Source of the DNA: Octopus vulgaris
Lineage: Eukaryota
Assembly: GCA_951406725.2 (NCBI GenBank)
Contig: OX597818.1
Span: forward strand, 21,638,001-21,702,000
Reading direction: 5' to 3'
Length of the DNA: 64,000 nucleotides
Shown here: positions 25,138-38,781 of the stretch, in pieces
Layout: each line of letters begins with the position of its first letter
Numbering within the stretch: position 1 is the stretch's first letter
Position numbers and translations under genes: made by a program
Notes under the pieces: generated by a model
What the model was told of the DNA's origin: nothing
What the model saw: the letters and a program-made list of their open reading frames with translations, nothing else
Database searches by the model: none

Positions 25138-27174
25138 TAGGCTAGTATTGCTGAATTTGTTTGAGGCTACAACCAAATATTCTTCATAAAACTATTTAAT
25201 AGAGCAGATTTTTATAGAAAATATATTTTATTTTTCACAACTTGTTATTTTGCAAATTGTTTGTAAATTTAAATTTGTAATGTCTCAAAGCCTTATGGTA
25301 GGTATTTCCTCATAAAGCACAAGTTTTTAAGGAGTAAGTCATCATTTTTATGGCACTTCAACCACACCTTAATTAATTCCAGGCAGCCAAATGTAATGAG
25401 GTGCACACGTGTATGCAAGTGTGTGTATTTAATTAGTCTAAATGGTCTCACTTTCTGAGTCAAAGTATCTTACACTTGATAATTCCATATATGTAGAAGG
25501 ATGCTAATCACAGCATGAGAAAACAAACTGAAGTTAGAAATAATAGGAAATATTAGGAAAAGAGAGAAAAATTTTAAATATAGTTTTCAGTTCTAAATGC
25601 TAATTCATTAAGTTTTCTATTAATGCGGAAAATGTTTGAGAAATCAAAGATTTATTGAGAAAATATACTATTTGGCAGAGTTTCAAGAATATGTTCTCTG
25701 TAATGAATTCAAGTTGGATGAAAGTCAGAACGTAAAGGGAAATGTTTGATAAATCGCTCTATTTTGTCCTTCCTTTAAATTGTTTCACCAGAATCTGACA
25801 CTTGGTAAATTGAAAGTATGAGCTCTATTCTAATAGAATCTACCATCTACTGACTCTCCATTCTCGTTGGTGGTCATAATCAGTAGCTGATCTTCATATT
25901 ATCTGAGCCAAATATCTAACCTTTATCCCAGGTCAGACATTTAGTAGAAAAGCTTCATATTGTAAACATCTCATCATTCTTGTTTACTAATAATTGTTTA
26001 ACCTGGTATGATTTCCACTGAGAAAGAATCTCATCAAATTGTTGCTAAGTGACTCAAACCTTGGCATTGTATCTATCTTTCTCCAGTGCTTTATAATCAT
26101 CTATTTGAAAGATCAGAAGAGCTAACAGGAAAAATTTTATCTAGTTTCTTAACCTGCTAGAAATAACAGCAAAATCTCCTTCAAATAGCACCCTTCTTTC
26201 TTAAAAAAAGTATATGTTGGAAATGTAGTCCAAGAAACACTATGCCTGAAGAAAAAGAATAAATAGCCAAATCTAGAATACTTTTCATCATTGGTCAACT
26301 CAATCAAAGTTGACTTGGGTTTAAAACACTAGTAACCAGGAAAGTTATATTTGAACTAAGTATCTTGTGATTTGTTGTCAAATATACTTTTGCTTTTACT
26401 GTATTCAGCATGAAATTTGTAGTAAGTTACAGGCTCATAAAACTACATTTAAAACTCATAAATCTTTTACATATGTAATTTATACATCCCCTCACTATAC
26501 TTAAAATTTATGTCACATTGGTAGCAAGCAAATAATGCCAGACCTAGTTCATAGTGAGTAGCTCTTGCCTACTCAAGCCTAACTATTAAAGTAGACTAAT
26601 GGTACACAGATGACCATTTGAGTGTGCATAGCAAGCCAGCATTTCAATACTCTGTTTATCTCAATTTCTCAGTCTAGAAAACCTCGCCTTATATTCATTC
26701 TATGCAGTGGTTAGTTATGTGGTTTGCATTGTAATACTTGGAATTGTCACATTTCTTTCAATGTACAAATTTCATCCTTTTTTACTAATTGCAGACAACT
26801 GGCTGTAGTCATGTTAGGGCACCACTACAGAATAAATGTTTTACAAACTTACATGTTGTCCTTGTGCAAGAACTTTCCTAATCTTCTCTGTACCTGGTTT
26901 AGAGGTACAGTTACTAAAAAAATTAATGATACAAAGTACATAAAACTATTCATATTTTACCAAGGGCACTGATAACATCCATAGCAGATAGTTTCACTCA
27001 GTGTACAGTGGTTTCAATTCCTAGTTGGTGAATTCAACTTTGGTTTTTATGCCAAGTGGATGCTAGAATCAGTTTTTGAAGGAATCATTACTATTAATGT
27101 CAATGTGCTGTCCTGATTTTTTGCAATCTCTCTTTACATCTAACACTGGTATTCAAACTTATCTTTAAGAACAT

Positions 27175-27775
27175 TGTGTGACTTAGTGGTTAAGGTAATC
27201 AGTTCACAATCATAAGGTTGTGAATTCGAGTACTGGCAGTGCTTTGTGTCTTTGAGCAAGGCACTTTTCTTCACGTTGCTCCAGTCCACTCAGTTGGCAA
27301 AAATGAGTTGTACCTGTAATTCTGTGTTGTGCTGAATCTCCCTGAGAACTATGTTAAGGATATGCCACTTACATGTCACCATATTTAATGGCCTATAAGA
27401 CGCACCTTTTTTTTACTAAAAAATGGCTTTAAAAATCCCCCTGCATCCAATACACACAATGTAGGTTCAAAACTCGCTCAAAGTGGTATGTATGTTTACA
27501 AAACATGTGCTGCCATCTGTTGGTGAACAATTGCCTATGGTATGTTTACATTGAATGTGGATGCAATAAATTGCTTATAATTACTGGTAATAACATAAAG
27601 TTATACAGGTAAGTGGAGGAATTAAAGCATTATTTTAGTGGTAATTTATTTTACAAAAGTATAGCTTATGCTAGGGTGCGTCTAATAGGCCATCAAATAC
27701 AGTAATTTCATGAGCGGGGTGTTTTGTTGATTGGATCAACTGGAGCCCTTGATATCATAACCAATGTAGTGCCAC
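27175..27775 (+). mobile_element. Degenerate tRNA-headed SINE (family D-like head) interrupted by a MITE
   Basis: Head gtgacttagtggttaaggt...tgtgtctttgagcaaggcactt...ccagtccactcag matches the reverse complement of 35100-35235. Sequence on both sides of the MITE resembles 33170-33260. Confidence 0.6.
27379..27702. mobile_element. pogo/Tigger-like MITE (324 bp)
   Basis: TIRs ccatatttaatggcctataagacgcac and gtgcgtctaataggccatcaaatacag are near-perfect reverse complements. TA is on the right flank and CA on the left; no ORF. Confidence 0.8.
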
Positions 27776-28595
27776 TATTAAAACCAGTATTACAGTTTAT
27801 TATGATGCTGGTATTGAACACAATTGAGAACATTAATATTTTCACCATGAAAAAGAAAAAGAGAAAAAAAAAGTAATTCAAATGATGATAATGGTATGGA
27901 CAAACTTAATTTTTGTAGAAGAAAAAATATTATTAATATACAAGAGTATCTGAGCCATCAATAATGACAGTTATTGTTGAAAAAGTTACCTGCTGAAAGT
28001 TGATAATTAGGGGATGAGGAAGTAAATAAAAATACCAAAATAAACAGGAAAATAAGAAAATTATATTCATCACTCTCAAAGGTATGATTCACTGCAGAAA
28101 TTCATGAAGAACAATATTTCCTGTATAGATAAGGGGAGGTACTAACACACCTTGACTGTCTGAATTTTTAATCTGTAATTTCAAAGTGTTCTAAACATAT
28201 CCAGATCAGCTCATTTCACAGCTTTGTCTACAGATACTGCAGTAGACTGCAAACTAAAGAGGCATTGAAATTTGCAATGCTTGGCAAATCATCTGGCAAA
28301 CCAATGAAGATAGCAGAATGAATTTCTGAATAAAAAAAAAATACACAACAACTCCAGTAATTAAGTAGAGACGTTTGAAAATTTAGAGAAAGATTTTTAT
28401 TGGTCTTAGTGGGGAGTGGGGGAATCAAATCAAACTTAGATGTCATTGTTCTATGACAGCAACTTAGCTCAAAAGAACCATTCTGGTTGTTGCAATATAC
28501 ATCAAATTGTCATAATTTATAAATATTAAGCCATAATTTATAAATATTAAGCCATTAGTTAAGCATTAAGAAAGCAGAATGAATGAACTTTCATA

Positions 28596-29004
28596 GGCGC
28601 AGGAGTGGCTGTGTGGTAAGTAGCTTGCTAACCAACCACATGGTTCCGGGTTCAGTCCCACTGCGTGGCATCTTGGGCAAGTGTCTTCTGCTATAGCCCC
28701 GGGCCGACCAAAGCCTTGTGAGTGGATTTGGTAGACGGAAACTGAAAGAAGCCTGTCGTATATATGTATATATATATGTGTGTGTGTGTGTGTTTGTGTG
28801 TCTGTGTTGGTTCCCCTAGCATTGCTTGACAACCGATGCTGGTGTGTTTATGTCCCCGTTACTTAGCGGTTCGGCAAAAGAGACCGATAGGATAAGTACT
28901 GGGCTTACAAAAAGAATAAGTCCCGGAGTTGAGTTGCTCGATTAAAGGCGGTGCTCCAGCATGGCCGCAGTCAAATGACTGAAACAAGTAAAAGAGTAAG
29001 AGTA
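28596..29004 (+). mobile_element. tRNA-derived SINE, family A, least degenerate copy
   Basis: A-box TGGCTGTGTGG (28606-28616), B-box GGTTCAGTCCC (28649-28659), then cttgggcaagtgtctt, an internal (TA)n(TG)n, and the 3' tail aagtaaaagagtaagag. At least five long copies are in the window. Confidence 0.92.
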
Positions 29005-31394
29005 TACAAAGCAGACCAACTAAATAGAGATGCTGTTGCAGTAAGAAGGTAGAAACACTTGGTTAATTTAGAAAACCTCAAACTATTTCATTAAACATTA
29101 TGAGACAAATACAAAAAATAAACAGGATGACTTCAGCTCATGTTGAATGATTTAGAAAGTAAATGTCATAAAGTGGAATAAATTCAAAGGCTTCAAATGC
29201 TAAAGTGTTACTCACAACAAAAAAGTATATATAGAAAGACATATAGTGTATTATATTATATATTGATAATTAAGGAGAACTGCCATTCCAAGCCACATTT
29301 GAGCTCAGAACATTGAGAAAATTTGACTTGAATTTCTACTAGTTTGTTAATATTTTTCTTTTCAATTATATTACCAATTAATTCTCCAATGCGATATGAA
29401 AATATAGTTTTTATAGCTTAACATGAATAATAAAATTTTTTAAAGTTTAACATAGATAATAAAATTTTTTCATTTTTTTTTTACTGCAGCAAAACCAGAG
29501 CAGGAAGATTTACAAAGGAAGGGAATTTTGAATTGCACTATAAAATTTTAGGAGTACCAGCTAGGTCTATTACATAATGATGTCTAGAAACTGAAGAGGA
29601 TGCTACTTTTGAGAAAAATTTACTGAACTCAGGTAATTATATTTTGTTATTTACAGACAGCAATTATACAACTTGGTCTCATATTGTAAATGTCTTATTT
29701 TTATTTAGGTATTATGATCATGTACAAACACAGACTTGTTTTCTGAAGAAATCTGTTGACCAGTTAATCATTACCATTTAACCATTTATTGTCTTTAGTA
29801 CAATGTGTTTTGTTGCAAGCCCTTAGGCCTGATATCTAGTATCAGAATAATTCCTATAATCACTAGTAATCACAAAAGTTCAAACAGTTGACGTTGTTTA
29901 TCACACTTATGTGAGGCAATGTATAAATCAGATGTAGTCTCTGATCCATCTAAGAGGAGAGTAACTTTGAATAAGAACTACTTGGTCTTTGACAATCTAT
30001 CCAACTCTTCCCAACATAAAAAAAAGTGGTCATAAAATGATGATGGTAATGATGATGACTTTATCATACAAAGGGCTTATATAGTAGCTTTTCCTTAAAA
30101 TTTATCTTGATCCTTAAAAAAAAAAAAAAACCCTCATCACCATGGTTGTTATTATATCTGTGCCTTTTGTCTTATGACATATCACATTGTAGTTAGGAAT
30201 ATAAAAAGCATCTCAGTATTTTAAAGTGGGATGTCTTTTCATTCTTAAATATTTGGTGAATTGGCTGAATTAATAAAACACCAAACAAAACACTTGGCAG
30301 TTTTTAAATGCACATCATTATGTTGTGAGTTCAAATTCTACCAAAGTCAACTTTGTCTTTCATCATTCTTAGGGCAATGAAGTAATTACCAGCGAAGTTG
30401 ATTTAATGAACCAACTACATCCCTTCCTCAGGGTTGTACCTAATTTGGAAATCATTTTATCTCCACATTACTGTATCAAAGAACTGTTGCTGCATGTACA
30501 TGTATAAATTTGTGAATATATGTGAGAAATAAATTCAAATAAGATATGCATATACTTTATTTTAAATTTATATGTGTGTATGTGGATACCCATATATATG
30601 CACATGCTCATGTGTGCTGGTTTTTGTTTTGTCTATGTACACAAGACATGATACACAAAAGCAAAATAGTGAAATAAATCTTGCAACTTCTCTAAATAAT
30701 ATACCTTCTTTTTTCTTTATATATTTTCATTTTCTCTTTCGCTATAAGCTATTTCTACAAGATTCTTTTACTTTATTTATGTTATATACCAATCCCATTA
30801 GATGCAATTTATAATTCATTTCTACTTTTTTCTTAGTCTATTATTGACTAAATTCATATTTATAAATAGCAGATGGAGCACTTTCCTTTGTGATAATGAG
30901 TTCCCTAGTCATGAGATCCAGTTTCAGTTCTTTTTACTACAACCATCCACCTCCCTTGTTTCCTAGTTAATGATGCTGAAGCTTGTATGTCAGCATTGGG
31001 GTTATTCATAGTGTTTATTTTCACTATTTTGTTTCCAAGAGTATGTTTATGGACAAGTACTCAATTCACCCACCTAAGTATTTTCTGTTGTATTACTCTG
31101 TAAACCTCATGAGATTCTAAAGGGAGTAGGAGTAAAGTTTTATAATTATTTTCTCAAAGCTATATACTACTGCTACTACTACTTTAGAATGCTAAATATA
31201 AGATCTTAATTAGTTACATGCTTCTTTTCCTCCTTGTATTCTATGTATACTTTTTCCTAATCTCATTTGATTTTTTTCCCCTTACCTCATCTGATTTCTA
31301 TGTAAACCCACACACCTTGTGTAACTTGTGTTTGTAAAGTCCCCTTCACTTAGGGTTCCCATGGAAAATGTAATAATAATAATAATGTTATTGT

Positions 31395-32620
31395 AGAGTT
31401 AGAGCTATCCTAAAGAGCAAATTTAATGCAAAAAACAAGATTGATGCAACCTATAACTTAGCTATACCTGTTGTGACTACAGCTTTAACATCATAAAATG
31501 GTTCAACAAAGATCAATAAAATGATACAACAATACACAAGCACCTCACAATGCATCATATGCATACCCTAAAGCAGATGTAAATTGACTATACATCCTAC
31601 GAAAGGATGAAGGATGTGGACTGATGCAGCTGCTACTGTCTTCAAAGACAGCAAATATGGGGGTAGAAGACTATCTTAAGAACATCAATGACTAGATGTT
31701 TAAACTTGTTGGAAAACATGAAAGTTCCAAAAATAATATACTCAATGTTTGACACAAAGAAGTATGTAGAGGAATTAAAAATGAATGAGACTGACACACA
31801 ACTAGGTAAAACAGATGAATCCACTGTAATAGTAAAACAGATAAAACCACAAAAGTGAAATAAAATGGAATTTCAGTGCTGCAAAATACGTGAAAAAGGA
31901 AGGCATTGTTTGGCAAATACTCTACAAGGGCCAGGAATCCTGATGTGGATACAAATATGACTTATCAATTGTTGGCTACATCCAGACTTAAATCGGAAAC
32001 AGAGTGTCTCATTATAGCAGCTCAAGATTACTATGTACCCACCAGAAACTACCAAGCAAGCATTCTTAAAAATGGTGCTGATGCTATTTGCTGCTTTTGT
32101 GATGCAGCCACAAAAACAACTATCTCATTTCTGTATGCTCTAAGCTTGTCTCAAATAAATATATTAATTACCATGGTAGGACTTGGCCAGTATTTGCACT
32201 ACACTACATGCTATAAGTCTGGACTCCCATATGAAAAAAACTGGTGGGAACATAAGCCTGCCAAAGTAGTAGAAAATAAAAATATTACCATTCTTTGGGA
32301 TCTCAGTATCTAAACTGATTGTGCTGTACAGGCCAATAGATGAAGCATTATGGGAAGAAAATCACATTGATATATATCTGCTTATAGATATATCAATCTG
32401 AGCTGACTGCAACACTTCTGTAAAGGCATCTGAGAAGTCAAATAAATATAAGGACCTTGAAATAAGAGGTCTCAAAAATGTGACATCTAAGAACAACCTG
32501 TGATCAGAGCTTTTGGATGATACCAAGTAATGCTCTTAAACACTATAACAAAATACCAGGTAACCACATCCTAAGAAAAACATTGTCATCTTGAAAATAC
32601 TTGATTCCCTTGAAACGCTT
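31395..32620 (+). mobile_element. Degenerate R4/Dong-like non-LTR retrotransposon 3' portion (restriction-like endonuclease type)
   Basis: Frameshifted fragments RVRAILKSKFNAKNKIDA..LAIPVV, LKSETECLIIAAQD..PTRNYQ, CCFC, WWEHKPAKVVENKNITILWD, LIDISI and EKSNKYKDLEI occur in the order expected for the R4-clade post-RT, CCHC and RLE regions. Confidence 0.85.
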
Positions 32621-32710
32621 TCATAATTAAAATTTTACAAATTTAACAGAATCTTAGTTTTCAGATTCTGGTCTCCTTCCTGTACAATAATAACGAAATT
32701 ATTGTGTTAT

Positions 32711-33165
32711 TGTGTATAGTCCTCAGGTGCACTACAACTCATCAAAGGTGCATGTATAGTGCATAGAATTATGTACAAAAGTCAGGAAAGTGAACAGTGT
32801 AAGAGTCATGATATACATGTGTACATGTGTATGAAGGGGTGATATCAGGTGTAGTGTTTGCGAATTTCAGGAAGCATGGAGGTTTTAAAGGATGCAATGT
32901 TTCGGCAACTAACAACTGATGCAGGTAGTTTGTTCCATCTTCAGCAACTCCTGAATGTGAAAAAATGTTTCTGAAAGTCATGGGAGCTGTGCTGTTTTCT
33001 GACTTTGTAAGGCATGCCCATGTATATTAGACACATGGAACTCAAAAAGGTGCTCAAGGTAGTTGTTGGCATGATAGTTCATAATTTTGTTGGTGTTTAC
33101 CAAGTTAGTTGCCAGACGTTGGTATAGATAACACCCATAGTAAGTGGCCAAGTATTCCACAGACA
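32711..33165 (-). mobile_element. CR1-group LINE 3' fragment
   Basis: Across frameshifts the minus strand gives SNIHGH..YKVRKQHSSHDFQKHFF..VAEDGTNY/WNKLPASVVSCRNIASFK, matching the CR1 TRGH...FF..RV...WN.LP...FK motif. Confidence 0.75.
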
Positions 33166-34123
33166 TGTGTAGTGCATGTGGAGTACTCAGCCACTTAAAC
33201 CAAATTCAATGAGTCTTTGTAGTTGAGTTGATTGAACTGCTGAACATTCATGTTCATAATAACAACAATTAAAAACTGGAATTATATTTCGTTGATACTT
33301 CAGGTTTTTGCCTCATTACATTTTGCTATGAATTGTGTAAAACTGATAAGGTAAAACTCAAGAGTAATAATAGTGTAAAACTAGTGTTTTAATTTTTATT
33401 ATGATGTAGATACTCTCTCTTTCTCTCTCTCTCACAAACACACACATTTTATATCTGTGGTTATTTCTGTTCCCTGGTTTCAAGCTAATATCCAGGAGTT
33501 TAGATACAGTAATTTTCACCAGACTTTTGTAGTAGCTGAAGGAAAAAAAAACATACATTATGTAACAATTGAAGTTGTTTAGTAGAATAGTTATAAAAAT
33601 ATTGTAGTAGGTAGAAACACAAACAATAAATAGAAAGTTGGTTAATAGTCCAGAAGATGGTTGGTGCTGCTACCTGCTGTCTACTTTTTGATTACTTTTT
33701 TTCTTTTCTTAGTTGATAAAATTCCTCCCAATAGAGCTATATTCATCACTTCTGAGGTTGATGCCCGCCTTCTGGTTGTGTTTGTTTTGCTTTATGATTT
33801 CTTCCATACTTCTTGTCTTAGATACATCTGCATGATGAACTATACAACCTCCACCCCACTATGTTATTGCATGATTTGCTAGAAATAGCAGCTAACTCTA
33901 TCTCAGTTGCAACCTACTGTTATTTTCCTTTGCATTTTGAATGCAGAATGTGGTAAGATTGAGTTAAATTTTTATACCTTCTGGAATGATGAAATAATAA
34001 GTTATGTAATGGTCTTAATTAAAATGAGTGTGCTTGCTCTATCAAAATTTCTGGCCTTTTGCCAGTGCTAAAAAAATCATCTTTCTCCTCATTATTATGA
34101 GGGTGGTGGATTTGCTTGTGCCA

Positions 34124-34124
34124 C

Positions 34125-34181
<57 letters not shown>

Positions 34182-34292
34182 AATAATGATAATAATAATA
34201 ATAATGATGATGATAATAATAATAATGATAATAATAATAATGATAATAATAATAATAATAATGATAATAATAATAATAATGATGATGATTAT
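34124..34292. repeat. (AAT)n/(GAT)n trinucleotide microsatellite
   Basis: Directly visible; source of the poly-N/D and poly-I/M ORFs. Confidence 0.96.
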
Positions 34293-34424
34293 GATGCTTT
34301 TGATGATAATATTAAAAATAATGTATAGTGTATTTGCAAGTGTTCTGTAAGTCCTCTGTAACTTGTCATTGTGTTGTTAGTAGAGAGTCCCAGCATAGTA
34401 TACCACACCATTTTGAGATGTAGG

Positions 34425-34933
34425 GCATGGTAAGAGCATTGGATAAAAGCCTTGTGCTATTTAGCTATAATTCCATACATTCTGAGTTTAAATCTTGATG
34501 AGATCAACTAAGTGGCAGTGGATTAACAGAATTGTTAGAGTATTGAATGAAATACTTTGTAGTATTTGCTCCAGTTCTTTACATTCTGATTTCAAATCCT
34601 ACCAAGGTCAACTTTGACTTTCATCCCTCTAGAAGTCAATAAAAAGTACCAGTCAAGTACTGGGTGTCAATGTAATCAATTACTTCCTTTTTTAAAAATT
34701 TTTGGTCATGTGCCTAAAGTAGAAATTATTATAATGGGGGTAGTAGATTGACAGAATCATTAGAGCATCAGATAAAATGTCTTGTAGCAATTGTTCTGGC
34801 TCTTTATGTTTGGAGTTCAAATCCTACAAAGGTTGACTTTGCTTTTCATCCTTTTGGGGGTTGATAAAATAAAGTACTGGGATTTATGTAATTGGCTTGC
34901 CTCCTCCCCCGAACTTGCTGGCCTTGTGCCAAA

Positions 34934-34935
<2 letters not shown>
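34425..34935 (+). mobile_element. Three head-to-tail SINE family C copies (one partial)
   Basis: Blocks cagaat..ttagag, gttcaaatcc...ggtcaactttg..tttcatcc, aagtactggg and ggccttgtgcc recur at about 34425, 34510 and 34735. Confidence 0.78.
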
Positions 34936-34968
<33 letters not shown>

Positions 34969-34999
34969 ATAGTAATAATAATAATAATAAATAAATAAA

Positions 35000-35235
35000 T
35001 ATGCCCTTTTAAAGGCTACCCAGGCTCATGGGCCCGGTTTCCCGTTTTCTATGGCGTATGTGTTCCACAGCTTGACGGGACGCCAGTCCATCACAGTGTT
35101 ACTCATTTTTGTCAGCTGAGTGAACTGGAGCAACATGAAATAAAGTGTTTTGCTCAAGAATACAACGCATAGCCCGGTCCAGGAATCTTACGATCATGAT
35201 GATGACACCCTAACCACTAAGCCACGCGCCTCCAC

Positions 35236-35236
<1 letters not shown>
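35000..35236 (-). mobile_element. tRNA-derived SINE, family D, inserted in (TAA)n
   Basis: Minus strand starts GGAGGCGCGTGGCTTAGTGGTTAGG (A-box), continues ttcttgagcaaaacactt and gatggactggcgtcccgtc, and has TAA repeats on both sides. Confidence 0.8.
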
Positions 35237-35270
<34 letters not shown>

Positions 35271-38200
35271 TAATAATAAGTTTGTGTTACAATATGTATT
35301 AAAATACAGATTGACTTTATATTGAACTAAACACTAATTTGACAGCATGTCTGCCTTTGGGTTCAAAGTGAAAAGTACACAGAAATCCAAAATTTCAACT
35401 GAAATGTTTTGTATTCCTTTCTAGATAAAACAATGTCATCAAGTTTTGCTTGTTCATAACTGTTACCAGTCCTTATATTATCATGGTAGTCTGTTAATCC
35501 CAATTATAGTCAAAATTTTAGCTGTTTTGCAATTTCATGGTAGTCTGTTAGTCCAGATTTTAGCTGTTTCATAATTTGTTGTTGCTTTTCCATTTTCCTC
35601 ATAGCTATCGGTAACTTGCAGCTTCTGAAGATTTACTTGAAGATACAAAATAGTATTTTGTTTTGTTCACGTGTCATAGCTGTTTGTATTAATTTTCCAT
35701 GATTTTCTTCTAGATATTTTTGTAAGTCCTACAGTTAGTACTTTGTAGTAGTTATATAGTTGTGCAAGACCCCCTACTGTCTTGCATAAATATAGTCTTT
35801 TGATGTCAGATTCTGAATGGTGTATTCTATATTTAGTCATTACCTTCCTTGTTTTCCTGTCTAGTGTAGCTAGTTTGATTAGTATTTAATTGAGAATATT
35901 GAAATTGACATATTACAGGGATGGCTAGAACTGATGTCCATTACTTTACTTTCGTATTTAACTCTGTTTTAATAATAATAATAATAAGAATAATAATATT
36001 TCTACTAAAGGCACAAGGTCTGAAATTTGGTGGGAAGAGACTAGTCAATTACATCAAACCCAGTGTTTCACTGGTACTTAATTTATCGACCCTGAAAGGA
36101 TGAAAGGCAAAGTCAACTTTTTTTTTTTGCCATTAAGTGATGATGATAATAATAATAATAACAATAATAAAGAGAGTGGACGTTTGGGAGAGTGTTTTGC
36201 CTGGTTCTTTGCATTCTGACTTCAAATCTGTCTCTCATAAACTTCACATTGCATCCTCCTGAAGTTGATAAAATAAAGTACTGGCCAATTATGGGAAGTG
36301 ATTTAATCAACTATCCTGCTCCCCTATGACTATAATTTGTGGCTTTCTGCCTATAAAATTATTTATTATTATATGAAAGCATCGTCATCATTATCATTAT
36401 AATGTGGCAGACGCAATAGTGTGCCAGACTTTGTATTTAATATCATATGTTTGTATAAAAAGTGAGGTCAAAATCCCACTAGACTTGACATAATTTTTCA
36501 TCTTTTGAGTTTGTTAATATGAGTACTGGTAATATATTGATTTCAAATTAATTGTCTATACCATTTGTTACAAATTTTTGGCCTTGTTTTAAATTTAGAA
36601 ATCAATATTAAACTGGTGGAATAGCAGTGACAGTAGTGTGCTGAACTGAATGCTATAACCTACATAATAGTTCATCTCCCTATGTTCTGAAGTCAAATTA
36701 CACCAGTTGAATTTGCTCCTTCTTTCCTCTAGAACAGCTGAAACCACGTTCCCTTCTCTCAGGCATTAATATGTGTAAGACTACATTAGTCAGTGTCCTT
36801 TCGTTTTTAGGTTGTAATGTGTAATTTGGAGATTTGGTTGCTATTTCTGGAAAGTCAAGTGACTACCCAGAGGCCTTTTAGAGTTAATAAAATATGCAGC
36901 TGTCAGGTTTGTGTTAATTTAATTGACTATACTTACCTCTATGAATTTATAAGTTTTGCTCAAATGTGTAAGCAAAGTTGAATGGTGGAGTGATAGAGAG
37001 TGCTGAAGAAAATGTTCTTAGTGTTTAGTAGTGTACTTTTATGTTCTAAGTTCAAATTCCACAAAGTTTAACTTTGCCATTTATACCTCTATAGATTATG
37101 CAGTATGTATTTGTCATATATTGAATTGGATCCAATTGATTGTACCTCATTCCTATAAGTTGTGTGCTGAGGGGAAAAAAACCCCATTATTATAACAGAT
37201 AATAGAACATACACTTGGCTGCCTTACTGAATGCAATTTAGAATTTGACTTTCCTTTTCATCCCCCCTGGGGATTCATCATTGATGAGCACGGCGCAGAT
37301 AAGTAACTAGTGAACTTGGTCTATAACCAGTTTCAAATCTCAGTTGGATGTGTTTCTTTTCACTTATTCTGCTAATGACACTAATAAAGGCATGAACTCC
37401 ACAACTTTCAATATCATCAACTTTAAGTTTCATGCCTTTATATCAGAAATCATCATCAGTATTATTCCTATTATGTGCAGTGTTACTCCTATTATGTACT
37501 CTGAATTAGTGGGCCTATGATTAAATGTAATCAAGCTATGACTTGATCATCTCGTCTTTATTTCAATTAGTCTATTTTGGCTAGTTTATCCAATGTATCC
37601 CTCTTTTTTAAGCTATCAGGGTATAGTGAAAGAGATTTGGTTACTATTTCTAGCAGGCTAGACAAGCAAGCTTCAATGTTATTGTGTAAAAGCTCTCTTG
37701 TATGAACAAATGGTTGAATTATAGATCAGGTATTTAATGTTACATAGTTTGTTGTCTTGCATTTGTGTGCTCAAATCTTCTCAGGGTAAACTTTGCATTC
37801 ATTCCTCCATGGATTATTAAAATATATACTAATAATGTTCTAGTGTCACATCATTCAACTAACTTCTTCCTATCTGCCCACGAAACTGTTGTTAACTAAC
37901 TGAAAGATGGTTTTACATCTTTCCATTTATTCTATACTATGTATTGTTATATATTGTTTTGTGAGCATGTCCTTGAAGATACTTAACTCTTTTAGCTTTC
38001 AGTCTATTCTAGTTGTAAATAGGTAACATAAGTGGCACAGTTCACTACTGTAAACAGCAGCAGCAACACTGACAAATGTTATGTTTGCTTGCATGTACTG
38101 GGTTCAAATCTTGTCACAGTGCACTTTGGAGAGGTTATGGGCTTCATCAAACTGACCTATTTTATATAGCATGAGGCACGTATACATAAAAATAATCTTA

Positions 38201-38781
38201 AATGAATGCTCTTATGACCCCAATTGGTGATGGTACATACCACACACACACACACACAAACATACACACAGATTTTGTTATCATAGAAATCAAGACACTG
38301 GAATTAGAAATAGAAGACATAAATAAAATTGTACCTGTAAGTTATTTTGCTACAGGTAATTCAATATACCTTATCCTCCAGTGTTATTCCATAGAAGACT
38401 TACCTCTGTGATCTTCAGTATGTTTATGTAATGTTAGGTGGTGCTGTGTCAATCTGATGTTCGCTCTGTGGCTATTTTTTTTTCTTTGTTGTTCCTCTTG
38501 AGTTTTCTTGTTTGTGCATGTTGATATTTTCAAATGAAATTCATAAGCTATGATTAATTTGTCATTTTCTGATAACCATTTATGGTCTTTCTTGTCTTAA
38601 TTTCTACAAACATTATGCTGTGATAACTTGTCATTTAATATATAACAAGAACATAATGGAAGTCTGGTGTTTATTTCAGTAGCATTAAGTAGATAAACAA
38701 CAAATCACTTCCCTACCACTGGATAGTTTGTTAGTCTATGACATAGGACTTTCTTATAAGTCTGTTTTTCACTGTCCAGAT

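Noticed and set aside
28511-28554. 21-bp tandem duplication (similar short duplications at about 45761-45807 and 48028-48075)
   Set aside because: Ordinary local slippage duplications with no further structure.
28596-28670. tRNA gene candidates at SINE heads
   Set aside because: A and B boxes are present, but there is no complete cloverleaf and each continues into a SINE body.
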